64,000 nucleotides of DNA from Candidatus Thalassarchaeaceae archaeon (lineage in GTDB: Archaea > Thermoplasmatota > Poseidoniia > Poseidoniales > Thalassarchaeaceae), in contig JALRLV010000002.1 of the NCBI GenBank assembly GCA_023268715.1, positions 18,737 to 82,736 of the forward strand. Direction: 5' to 3'. Of this stretch, positions 9,020 to 18,115 are shown in pieces; the stretch's first letter is position 1; each line of letters opens with the position of its first letter. The position numbers and the translations under genes were made by a program. Below the pieces are notes generated by a model. The model worked only from the letters and a program-made list of their open reading frames with translations, had not been told where the DNA came from and ran no database searches.

Positions 9020-11695
9020 ATGAATCGTGCTGCAACAGCCCGTCTTCTGACGGTTTTACTGGTAATCACGATGTGTACTCCAATGGTTCAGGCCGAGATA
9101 GATCCTCGTCTGACTGCTAATCCAACTGCTCAGGAAGCAGATGCCGATAACCCGGCAGAATACACTATCACGGTTCACAATGATGGCGACGATGATATGA
9201 CTGTCACATTGACCACCCAACAGGATTCTTCGGGATGCAATGGCTTTTCATCGACTATAGAACAGGTATCTGGTACCATTGGTGGAGGGGAATCTGAACA
9301 AGTAACTCTCACGGTCAGTGTTAATGAACAGGCTAACGGAGACTGTGAAACAACAGTCCAGGCAACAGCAACAGGAGGGCTCGGGTCTCCGCAGAATGCC
9401 GACGTAACAGTGACAACCACAGCAGGCGATGGCGGTGGTCTTTACGCGGTCACATTAACCACCGATCAGACAGATGTCGAATTTGATGGAAGTGACTCTG
9501 TAGTTTGGGAAGTTGATGTTGAAAATACGGGTGAACAGCAAGCAAATGTGCAACTTGAGATTACCAGTGATGATGATTGTGAATCGGATGACCTAACCGC
9601 TGAGGTTGATCCTACGGTGGTTCAATTGGATTCAGAGGGTACTGAAACAGTTGAGGTTACAGTTGATGTTCCGGATGGCAGTTCCACTGAGGCGGGCGAG
9701 CATTGCTTCATCCTCGTAGCTACGGTAACAAATGACCCAAACGCCGCAGACAGGGCCGAGGATAACCTAAGCCTCAGGTTGAGTGTTCCAGAAGTGAAGG
9801 AATGCGACGGCTCATTGCAGACCTCTTCCCACAATCTCGATCCTGGTCAAACTGCAACAAATAGGTTCGAGGTGGAAAATATTGGTAATACCGAATGGAC
9901 GGTTCAAACTCAAGCTCAATCCCCTGGCACAGATATAACCGGATGGGTCGAATTTGATAGCCCACGTTCTGCCTTATTGGCTAAACCAGGAAATTCGGAT
10001 GATAGTCATACATTCACTTTTTCAGTAACGCCTGACGATTCAGTTGAGGCTGGCTCACAGATTGAAATCAAGATACAGGGGCGTTCCAATCAGGGCGTTG
10101 GCTGCGAGCAAATACTCACAGTAACCATTGGTCAGGTCCACGAAGCCAGACTTACCCTAAGCACCTCGAAGTTATCGAATGTTGAACCGGGGACTTCTGA
10201 TTCGGTCACCATAACTGTAGAAAATCGCGGCAATGGTTTAGACACTTTTTCTTTAACCACAATGGATCTTCCAGAAGGATGGCAAATTTCCTTTTCGCAA
10301 TCCTCTGTGACCATTAACAGTAAGCATAATTCCAATAACGAAGCATCGCTAACCGCCACAGTAAATGTACCATCAAATGCGTTAGCAGGAGACAATACCG
10401 TTGAATTTGGTGTAACTGTGAGTGGTTCAACAACAATACTGCACAGCAGGGTGTTAACCGTATCTGTAGCAGCGAGGCACGACCTAACTGCAGACATACT
10501 TTCGACCCAGCAAACCGGTCGTTCTGGCCAAGTAGTTCAATTTCCAATTGATATTGTAAACACCGGGAATATTCGAGATACATTCAAGCTACAGGTTTGC
10601 GATCCTAACGATCAAACGGGTTGTAATTCCCCAATGTGGGCTGCATCATATTCCGATACATCCGGAAACTCAATTACTCAGATTGTACTCGATCCCGGAG
10701 AATCTAGGCGAGTTTTCCTCGATGTAACTGTTGAGGGTGAGGAAGATGCAGATTCAGTTACAATTCTGTCTCGCGTGGCAATTTTTGGGACAAGTGAAAA
10801 GGTAGAACAGACGATTAGCGTGATAGTCTCGAATTATGATTATGGCATGGCAATTTCTCCTGAAATGCCGGGGCCTATTTCGGGTCAAATGGATATTGTT
10901 CTTCCACCAGGAGGGACCAAAGAAATCAATTTCTGGGTAGAGAATACAGGCAACTTCCCGGGTGGGGATAGCGCAGTAATATCGATGACAGGAATGGAAT
11001 CCTCGGTACTCCGACGAGTTCTTGTCAATGGTGTAGCTGTAGATGGAAATATAGCAGTCCCTTCGGGTGATAGAGTTCTGATTACAATTGAATTGGAAGT
11101 TCTAGAAGGTGTTTCCAGTGGGACTACTGGCATTGTTAAGGTCAGCGCATCATCGGAGAAGAACGCTGCCGAAAGCACCAGTGTAGACTTAATTTTTGAA
11201 GTTAGAACAATTCATGATTTACGATTTACTCTTGAAGGTGAAGATCTGCTTTCTACAGATGAAAAGAACAGCGTTGAATTTATTCTCCATGTTACAAACC
11301 ACGGGAATATTGTTGAAACCGTCCAGATATTATCCAGTGACTCTCTCAGAGGCTGGACGGTCAATGTCATCGAAGACGAGTTCCAACTTTCTCCTGGCAA
11401 CTCAAGAACGATTACCGTGAGGGTGACCCCTCCAGCGGGAATGGTACAAGATGACACCTATCGGTTTACCATCACAGTTCAACCAAAGGGCATGCCTGTA
11501 GCAGGTGAACCCCTTGACCTAGAAGTCACCGCAGAGGTGTCTTCCGGCCTAGGTTGGCTAAGCGAAGACAACGAACAGATTCTAATCTACGGATTAACCG
11601 CTATTGGAGGTTTATTGGTTGTAATTTTATTCTTCAGATCTCGTGCAGAAAACCGCAGAATTCTCGAAGCCTTAGACAATGAATCGAGTGACTGA
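9020..11695 (+). CDS. Membrane-anchored surface protein with ~7 Ig-like (NEW3/COG1470-type) repeats
   Basis: Signal peptide; repeated V-x-N-x-G motifs (VHNDGD, VENTGE, VENIGN, VENRGN, IVNTGN, VENTGN, VTNHGN); LPEGWQISF; C-terminal TM followed by RSR. Confidence 0.8.
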   Translation: MNRAATARLLTVLLVITMCTPMVQAEIDPRLTANPTAQEADADNPAEYTITVHNDGDDDMTVTLTTQQDSSGCNGFSSTIEQVSGTIGGGESEQVTLTVSVNEQANGDCETTVQATATGGLGSPQNADVTVTTTAGDGGGLYAVTLTTDQTDVEFDGSDSVVWEVDVENTGEQQANVQLEITSDDDCESDDLTAEVDPTVVQLDSEGTETVEVTVDVPDGSSTEAGEHCFILVATVTNDPNAADRAEDNLSLRLSVPEVKECDGSLQTSSHNLDPGQTATNRFEVENIGNTEWTVQTQAQSPGTDITGWVEFDSPRSALLAKPGNSDDSHTFTFSVTPDDSVEAGSQIEIKIQGRSNQGVGCEQILTVTIGQVHEARLTLSTSKLSNVEPGTSDSVTITVENRGNGLDTFSLTTMDLPEGWQISFSQSSVTINSKHNSNNEASLTATVNVPSNALAGDNTVEFGVTVSGSTTILHSRVLTVSVAARHDLTADILSTQQTGRSGQVVQFPIDIVNTGNIRDTFKLQVCDPNDQTGCNSPMWAASYSDTSGNSITQIVLDPGESRRVFLDVTVEGEEDADSVTILSRVAIFGTSEKVEQTISVIVSNYDYGMAISPEMPGPISGQMDIVLPPGGTKEINFWVENTGNFPGGDSAVISMTGMESSVLRRVLVNGVAVDGNIAVPSGDRVLITIELEVLEGVSSGTTGIVKVSASSEKNAAESTSVDLIFEVRTIHDLRFTLEGEDLLSTDEKNSVEFILHVTNHGNIVETVQILSSDSLRGWTVNVIEDEFQLSPGNSRTITVRVTPPAGMVQDDTYRFTITVQPKGMPVAGEPLDLEVTAEVSSGLGWLSEDNEQILIYGLTAIGGLLVVILFFRSRAENRRILEALDNESSD

Positions 11696-11816
11696 GCCTA
11701 GTCGGCAATTGAAGACGATTCCAAACCGCCAATCTTTCCAATGTATTGTCTGCTATTGTCATCCTCAATGAACGCACGGTTATGCTTATGACCGTATTTT
11801 GGGTGGACAACTCTGC

Positions 11817-11840
11817 CGGTCCCTTTGGGACCGTCAGGTG
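11817..11840 (+). promoter_or_regulatory. Leader hairpin CGGTCCC-TTT-GGGACCG followed by AGGTG SD of nuoA
   Basis: 7-bp perfect stem at 11817-11833, SD at 11836-11840, ATG at 11847. Confidence 0.45.
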
Positions 11841-11846
11841 TCAGCG

Positions 11847-12293
11847 ATGTCGACGGTTCCAGAAGCTTATCTCGCGCTAGCTGTGATGACCCTTGTTGGC
11901 ATAGGATTCCCAGTGATGAGTTTCGTCGCTTCTCGCTTCCTAAGACCAACTCCGAGCGCGCATGATAACAACAAATTGCGCTCTATTTTACTCCCGGGTT
12001 ATGAGACTGATCAGAGCCTATACGTGAGGCGTGAAAGCACCTACGAGTGTGGTGCTGATCCAGTGGGGGACGCTCATATCAATTTCCACTTCCAATACTA
12101 TTGGTATGCCATTATCTTCCTTGTATTCGATATAGCATTCATGTTCTTAGCATTTGGAGGAGTAATTGCGATTCAAGATGCTGGTAGCGACATCGATATT
12201 TGGTCAGCGATGATTACCCTAACCATATTCATCGTCTTGATGAGTCTTGGTGTATGGCACGTATTCCGAAAGCGCGGTCGAATTTACATCTGA
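11847..12293 (+). CDS. nuoA: Complex I-like oxidoreductase subunit A
   Basis: STYECG and YYWYAIIFLVFDI motifs, 3 TM; SD supports ATG 11847. Confidence 0.92.
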   Translation: MSTVPEAYLALAVMTLVGIGFPVMSFVASRFLRPTPSAHDNNKLRSILLPGYETDQSLYVRRESTYECGADPVGDAHINFHFQYYWYAIIFLVFDIAFMFLAFGGVIAIQDAGSDIDIWSAMITLTIFIVLMSLGVWHVFRKRGRIYI

Positions 12294-12302
12294 GGTGATT
12301 GA

Positions 12303-12899
12303 ATGAGCGAAGAACCCCCAAACTTCTCAGTTTTCAATAGTAGAATGCTCGTCGACACAGTAGGCGATGTAACCGATGAGGCCCTCAAGGCTAGTCGAAT
12401 AAAGGAAGTAATCGGAGTACTTGGTGGCCGCCTATTCAACTGGGGTCAGCGAAAGTCCCTCTTCCCACTTCACCTTGGAATCAAATGCTGTGCCTTGGAA
12501 ATGGCGGCGGCAGGAGCCAGTCGATTCGATGCAGAGCGATTTGGTGTTTTCTTCCGCTCTAGTCCAAGGCAGTGTGATGTTTTATTGGTCAATGGGCCTA
12601 TTTCGAAGAAGTTTGCAGATCCAATTGTACGACTCTGGGAGCAAATGCCAGAGCCCAAATGGTGTATCGCAATGGGCGAATGTGCAATATCGGGAGGACC
12701 ATATTTCCAGTCTTACAACATACTCGAAGGTGTCGACACAGTAATTCCGGTTGATGTGTATATTCCAGGATGCCCTCCACGCCCAGAGGCATTGATTGAT
12801 GGCTTTGGAAAATTGCGTGAGAAGATTATCCGCATCGGTGGAGTGCCTAGTGAAGTTCGACCGATGAGCGAGGCACCGCTAATCGTCGGAGACGAGTGA
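12303..12899 (+). CDS. nuoB: Complex I-like subunit B (N2 4Fe-4S)
   Basis: CCALEM, SPRQCD, QMPEPKWCIAMGEC, PVDVYIPGCPPRPE. Confidence 0.96.
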   Translation: MSEEPPNFSVFNSRMLVDTVGDVTDEALKASRIKEVIGVLGGRLFNWGQRKSLFPLHLGIKCCALEMAAAGASRFDAERFGVFFRSSPRQCDVLLVNGPISKKFADPIVRLWEQMPEPKWCIAMGECAISGGPYFQSYNILEGVDTVIPVDVYIPGCPPRPEALIDGFGKLREKIIRIGGVPSEVRPMSEAPLIVGDE

Positions 12900-12912
12900 A
12901 GGAGGATTTTGA

Positions 12913-13569
12913 ATGGGTAAGAAAATCTCGGCAGCGGCTCAGCAGGAGGCAGCTGAGGAATTAGCAAAGGCAATGTCGTCCTTCGATGGGGTCTCTGCTG
13001 AAATCGATAGCCGCTCAAGCGGAACACAAGTTCGCCATACAGTAAGTGCAACATCTACTCCTGAATCATGGAGGCAATTAGCAGAGGCCCTAGTAACAGA
13101 CTATGCTGTTGACTACTGTTCAATGATTACCGGAATTCACTGGCCAGAGGCAGCCGACAAGACATGGGAGGTAGTCTATCACCTAATGCGAACCGGAGTA
13201 AAAGATCCTGCAGCAATAGAAGGTGTAGTTCAACCAAATATCACCGATGCAGAAACTCTCACTGGTGCGGATATACCTATGGAGATTCAAATTAGCATAT
13301 CACTACCTGATACACGAGAACCGATGGTCGCCTCTGTTCAAGACCTATGGGTTGGAGCCGATTGGAATGAGAAGGAAACTTGGGACCTAGTTGGAATCGA
13401 CTTTGAGGGCCATCAAGGAATGCGCCGCGTCCTAAATCCACATGAAACTCCAGTAGGCTATCATCCATTACAGAAGCAACACAAGTTGCGCTATCATGGA
13501 TTTGAAGAAATGTACGACGATGCTCAAGGATTCATGAGGAAACCAGCTGACGCTGGTAAGATCAAGTAA
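12913..13569 (+). CDS. nuoC: Complex I-like subunit C
   Basis: ADWNEKETWDLVGIDFEGH...GYHPLQK motif; operon position. Confidence 0.9.
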   Translation: MGKKISAAAQQEAAEELAKAMSSFDGVSAEIDSRSSGTQVRHTVSATSTPESWRQLAEALVTDYAVDYCSMITGIHWPEAADKTWEVVYHLMRTGVKDPAAIEGVVQPNITDAETLTGADIPMEIQISISLPDTREPMVASVQDLWVGADWNEKETWDLVGIDFEGHQGMRRVLNPHETPVGYHPLQKQHKLRYHGFEEMYDDAQGFMRKPADAGKIK

Positions 13570-13581
13570 GGAGGAATTCAG

Positions 13582-14718
13582 ATGGCAGAAATGTGGATTT
13601 CGATGGGCCCTCAACACCCCATGACTCATGGGCTTTGGACTTTGAAAGTCAAAGTCGATGGAGAAACTGTAGTCGATACTGAACCAGATTTGGGATACAT
13701 CCATCGTGGTGTTGAGAAAATCTGTGAGGCACGAGACTTCACTCAGATTACGACCTATTGTGATAGACTATGTTACGCAAGTGCAAACACCTGGTCACAC
13801 TCCTACATCTACGCCGCAGAAGACCTACTCGGCGTAGAAGTCCCTGAGCGAGCCGAATACATTCGCCTCATCGCAGTCGAGTTACAAAGAATCGCTAGCC
13901 ACCTAATGTGGCTTGGTGCGTACGGTCCAGACATAGGTAATCTTTCGATTATGGTGTGGTGCCTGCGTGAGCGCGAGATGATGATGGATTTACTTCAAGA
14001 GTTGGGTGGTTCAAGAATGCACTACAACTTCCCAAGAATAGGCGGAGTAAAACGAGATTTACCTCATGGATTCTCTCAGCGTGCTCAGGCGAAATTGAAG
14101 CTTTTCCTCAATCGAATCCAGGAATACGAGGCACTATTTGATGAAAGCACAGTATTCCTTGTTAGAAGTCAAGGAGTAGGCTACGCCAAGCCGGAGGAAA
14201 TGATCAATCATGGAGTCACCGGACCCAATGTTCGAGCCGCCGGTGTTGATTACGATGTTCGCTGGGCTCACCCTTACTCAGTGTACAGCGAACTCGATTG
14301 GCAGCCATCCGTCGAGCGATCTTCAATCAAGGGTGCAGACTGTTACGACCGTTATCGAGTTCGAGTTGAAGAGATGCGAATGAGCGCATCAATGGTCCTC
14401 CAAGCACTCGATAAGATGCCGGGTGGCTCCGAGACATATCACGAACCAGGAGACCCGAAGATTATCGCCAAAGCACCATCAAGAGCCCCCGAGGGGACCT
14501 ACGGAAGCCATCACTTCGAAGATAGTAGAGGTGAATCGATGTTCTATATCGCAGGAGGAGGCGAAGGTCGAGGAAAGATGCCTTATCGAGTTTCAATTCG
14601 TTCTCCAATGTTCATTACAATTCCTTATGCTGCAAAGTGTATGATTGGCTACAAAGTGGCCGACATTCCTGCGATTATGGGTTCATTCGACCCATGTATT
14701 GGAGAAACCGACAGGTGA
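13582..14718 (+). CDS. nuoD: Complex I-like subunit D (FpoD-like)
   Basis: GPQHPMTHG, GYIHRGVEK, ELQRIASHL, C-terminal GETDR. Confidence 0.95.
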   Translation: MAEMWISMGPQHPMTHGLWTLKVKVDGETVVDTEPDLGYIHRGVEKICEARDFTQITTYCDRLCYASANTWSHSYIYAAEDLLGVEVPERAEYIRLIAVELQRIASHLMWLGAYGPDIGNLSIMVWCLREREMMMDLLQELGGSRMHYNFPRIGGVKRDLPHGFSQRAQAKLKLFLNRIQEYEALFDESTVFLVRSQGVGYAKPEEMINHGVTGPNVRAAGVDYDVRWAHPYSVYSELDWQPSVERSSIKGADCYDRYRVRVEEMRMSASMVLQALDKMPGGSETYHEPGDPKIIAKAPSRAPEGTYGSHHFEDSRGESMFYIAGGGEGRGKMPYRVSIRSPMFITIPYAAKCMIGYKVADIPAIMGSFDPCIGETDR

Positions 14719-14724
14719 TTTACA

Positions 14725-16266
14725 ATGGCAGGAACTAGCGATTGGTTAGACGTCCGTGGCTGGATGGAGTCTATCGTTGGTTGGTCGATGGACCAAGTTC
14801 ATGACATACTACCCTCAGGTGATATTGGCTTAGGTCCATTAGGTTCTGTAAATTTCCAAGGAGAATTTGCAAGCATTCAAGGTGCTCTCGAAACTTTCCT
14901 ATTCACCACTATAATGTGTACAATTGTATTTGCTACAATGATGCTCACCTTGATGGTAGTTCCATACATTGAGCGCAAATTCATAGCTAGATTAATGGAC
15001 AGATTAGGTGCAACCACCAGCCTCCGAAGTTTGTGGATTGGCGAAGGCCATACGACCGCAGGCCAATGGTGGAATCAACTACCGTTTGGGATGGGTGCTC
15101 CAATTGGATGGGTAAACGGAATCCTGAACTCTAGCTTCGGAAACAAATCAAAGCACGTTGCAGTAGATCGCGTTCACAATAGAGGATACCACGGAATCTG
15201 GTTCCTATTCCCCGGTTTCTTCCAAGCGTTAGCCGACTTCCTAAAGTTCGCTACCAAGGAACACATGGTCCCAACAAAGGCCGACAGATTGGTTTTCGAA
15301 ACCGCTCCTGTGATCATTATAGCAACGACAATCATGGTCTATGCATTCATCCCATTCGGACCACACATATGGGCTGCTAACCCAGAGTTGTCATTGGTAT
15401 TCATGATGGCAATATTCGGAGTTGCACCACTAGGTGTTTTCTTCGCGGGGTGGTCGTCAAACAACAAATATACTCTCATCGGAGGAATGAGATCCGCGGC
15501 ACAACTTACCGCTTACGAGATACCTCTTCTGATAAGCGTACTAGCTATTGCAGTAATTTCAGGCTCCTTCAACATTCTAGAAATAGTTGATTTCCAAATT
15601 GAGACAAGTAACACTTGGAATCTATTCATCATGCCCTTGGGTGCTGCATTATTCCTAATCACAATGATCGCCGAAGTTGAGCGTATTCCATTCGATATGC
15701 CGGAAGCAGAGGCTGAATTGGTTGAGGGTTGGTGGACAGAATATGGTGGAATCCGTTGGGGACTTATGTTCGCTGTCGAAATGATGCGAGCCTACGCGGC
15801 TTGCATTCTCTTTGCACTATTCTTCCTAGGTGGTTGGCAATTACCATTTGAGGATACTTTGATTGGCCTTCCGATTGTTGGCGTTCTCTTTGATATTCTA
15901 GCAAATGCCACACCAGGATTGGTTGTTCTACTACTCAAAGCATACCTACTGTTCGCATTCTTCGTATGGGTTCGTGCATCCCTACATCGTGTTCGTACCG
16001 ACCAAATTCTTGAGTTTGGATGGCGCTGGCTCCTTCCAGCCTCGATGGTCAATCTTGCCGTAGCAATCTGGCTGCGCCTCGAGGTGTGGGATAGTACTGC
16101 AGCAGGAGGCTGGCCGATTTGGGCGGTACCAGTTCTATTCGGCTCGTTCATAGTTGCTTTCGTAGTCCTCGCCTTGGATGAGGATGAAGATGCGTTGGAA
16201 CTGAACCGAAGGATGTACCACACACAGACCTTGGAGAAGGCCAGCCCTGGTACTCATAGAGATTAG
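14725..16266 (+). CDS. nuoH: Complex I-like subunit H
   Basis: ERKFIARL, SNNKYTLIGGMRSAAQ, RIPFDMPEAEAELVEG, RTDQ. Confidence 0.95.
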   Translation: MAGTSDWLDVRGWMESIVGWSMDQVHDILPSGDIGLGPLGSVNFQGEFASIQGALETFLFTTIMCTIVFATMMLTLMVVPYIERKFIARLMDRLGATTSLRSLWIGEGHTTAGQWWNQLPFGMGAPIGWVNGILNSSFGNKSKHVAVDRVHNRGYHGIWFLFPGFFQALADFLKFATKEHMVPTKADRLVFETAPVIIIATTIMVYAFIPFGPHIWAANPELSLVFMMAIFGVAPLGVFFAGWSSNNKYTLIGGMRSAAQLTAYEIPLLISVLAIAVISGSFNILEIVDFQIETSNTWNLFIMPLGAALFLITMIAEVERIPFDMPEAEAELVEGWWTEYGGIRWGLMFAVEMMRAYAACILFALFFLGGWQLPFEDTLIGLPIVGVLFDILANATPGLVVLLLKAYLLFAFFVWVRASLHRVRTDQILEFGWRWLLPASMVNLAVAIWLRLEVWDSTAAGGWPIWAVPVLFGSFIVAFVVLALDEDEDALELNRRMYHTQTLEKASPGTHRD

Positions 16267-16281
16267 ATTGGAGGTGAATAT

Positions 16282-17265
16282 ATGGATAAATCACAGCAGT
16301 ATAACACTGGACACCCACACGCGGCTCCTAACTTCCGCAACCTGATTATCAAGCCAATGTGGATGACGATGAAAACGGCATTGCGAACCGTTCCTTTCCT
16401 AGGAAGATCGGGACTATTGAAGAATAATTATCATGGCCAAGAAGTTACGATGACAGATGATTTTACTCAAGCTAGAATCGGGGGCGACCATCTTTCGGAA
16501 GGTCATACATATGCGGCTGATCGAGAGTCTACCGATTTACTTCCTTTCCTTGAGCGACCTGTTACTGTCATGTATCCCTATGAGCGACTAGAAGACATGG
16601 AGCCATGGTTATTTGTTCCAGGAAATTACAACGGTAGAATTGGAATTGTTTGGGAAACTTGTACCGCTTGCAAGGCATGTGTCAAGGCTTGCCCAAATGA
16701 CTGCCTACACATGACTTCTGAAGTCAGAGTGAATGTACTTGACTTAGCCGAGGAAGACGATGAGTGGCATGGATATGGGTCAGAAGTCGAGGCTGGTGGG
16801 TACGCCGCGAAGCCAAAAGAAGAGTTCGAAGAAATTGAGGAATTCGACTTGGTCAACGAGCATGCTGCGGCACCACAACAATATGATTTCGCAGAAGTAA
16901 TCGACATCTCCGGCGATACAGCAACCGTGCGTTGGATGGACGGATCAGGTATCGAAGACATCTCAACCGCTGAACTCAAGCCGGCGGAGACTGATATCGT
17001 CAGCGGCAGAATCGATATCGGCCGCTGTATGTTCTGTGGATTGTGTGCAGAAGCATGTCCGTTCGAATCATTCTTCATGACCAATGAGTATGATGGAATG
17101 TCTGGATACTCCCGTGAAGACCTATGGTTCGACGCAGATAGAACTCGTGTTCTTCCAGCCGTCCACCAAGAGCGAGTCGATATGGAACTTGCAAAGCGCG
17201 CGAAGAAAGAGAAGGATAAGCGCGAAAGAAAGGCAGCCAGAGCAGCCAAGGAAGCGGAGGCTTGA
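16282..17265 (+). CDS. nuoI: Complex I-like subunit I (2x 4Fe-4S) with large insertion
   Basis: PVTVMYPYE, CTACKACVKACP, GRCMFCGLCAEACP. Confidence 0.9.
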   Translation: MDKSQQYNTGHPHAAPNFRNLIIKPMWMTMKTALRTVPFLGRSGLLKNNYHGQEVTMTDDFTQARIGGDHLSEGHTYAADRESTDLLPFLERPVTVMYPYERLEDMEPWLFVPGNYNGRIGIVWETCTACKACVKACPNDCLHMTSEVRVNVLDLAEEDDEWHGYGSEVEAGGYAAKPKEEFEEIEEFDLVNEHAAAPQQYDFAEVIDISGDTATVRWMDGSGIEDISTAELKPAETDIVSGRIDIGRCMFCGLCAEACPFESFFMTNEYDGMSGYSREDLWFDADRTRVLPAVHQERVDMELAKRAKKEKDKRERKAARAAKEAEA

Positions 17266-17270
17266 TTCTA

Positions 17271-17540
17271 ATGGCTATTGATTTCGAGGCCGTTGCATTC
17301 GTCATTATGGCGCTTGTTGCGATCCTCGGAGCCCTAGGGTGTGTCTATGCAAGAAGAGTAGCTCATTCTCTTCTCTCGCTGATGATGACATTCTTCGCCG
17401 TTGCTGGAGTAATGGTATTGGCTCATGCCGAGATGTTGGCGGCAATTCAGATTCTTGTTTACCTTGGTTCGGTAATGCTGGTGGTACAGTTTGGAGTTAT
17501 GTTAACTCGACGCCAAATACAGGAAGGTGATGTTGAATGA
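17271..17540 (+). CDS. nuoJ: Complex I-like subunit J, N-terminal half (J1)
   Basis: AEMLAAIQILVYLGSVMLV motif; GGAGG SD; alternative TTG start at 17262. Confidence 0.88.
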   Translation: MAIDFEAVAFVIMALVAILGALGCVYARRVAHSLLSLMMTFFAVAGVMVLAHAEMLAAIQILVYLGSVMLVVQFGVMLTRRQIQEGDVE

Positions 17541-17803
17541 GGGTAATTGGAATCATTGCCCGCTTAGGTGTATTCGCCTTCATTCTAATTCTATTAAGAG
17601 AAATAATGGATCACCCAATGTGGGGAGAATCGGCTGCTGGCGCTCCAACCACACTCGAATTTGCAGTATCAATACTCGATGACTGGGCTGTTGTTACTGT
17701 TGTTCTCGGAATATTACTCTCGATGGCTATGATTGGTGCATCTTACCTAGTTCGTGACGAGCGCCTCGTCAACCTACTCTATGACATGGGAGGCGATGAG
17801 TGA
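17537..17803 (+). CDS. nuoJ: Complex I-like subunit J, C-terminal half (J2)
   Basis: LGILLSMAMIGASYL matches the NuoJ C-terminal helix; ATGA overlap with J1. Confidence 0.75.
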   Translation: MRVIGIIARLGVFAFILILLREIMDHPMWGESAAGAPTTLEFAVSILDDWAVVTVVLGILLSMAMIGASYLVRDERLVNLLYDMGGDE

Positions 17804-18105
17804 TGATTGAAGCAAGTTGGATCGCCGGTCTTGGCGTCATTCTCTTTGGTATCGGTTTAATTGGAGCATTCAGCCGAAAGAATGCCATCGTCGTTTTGAT
17901 GTGCATAGAGGTCATGTTGAACGCAGCCAATCTCAACTTCGTAGCCGGAGCCATGCATCATGGCTCCGTAGATGGATGGGTATTCACTGCTGTTGCAATC
18001 GCAATAGCTGCCGCAGAAGTTGCAATCGGGCTTGCAATTTTACTTTCCTTGTACAGTACACAGGAAACAATTTCGCTCGATGAAGCGACTTTATTGAGAA
18101 ATTGA
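17800..18105 (+). CDS. nuoK: Complex I-like subunit K
   Basis: LMCIEVMLNAANLN, AAAEVAIGLAI. Confidence 0.95.
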   Translation: MMIEASWIAGLGVILFGIGLIGAFSRKNAIVVLMCIEVMLNAANLNFVAGAMHHGSVDGWVFTAVAIAIAAAEVAIGLAILLSLYSTQETISLDEATLLRN

Positions 18106-18115
18106 GGTGATGAAA

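Noticed and set aside
11698-11949. 83-aa minus-strand ORF and 16-codon uORF upstream of nuoA
   Set aside because: Overlaps nuoA and its promoter region; no coding signature.
13582-14718. Reading the operon as a [NiFe]-hydrogenase
   Set aside because: Only one Cys of each CxxC pair remains, and no maturation genes are nearby.
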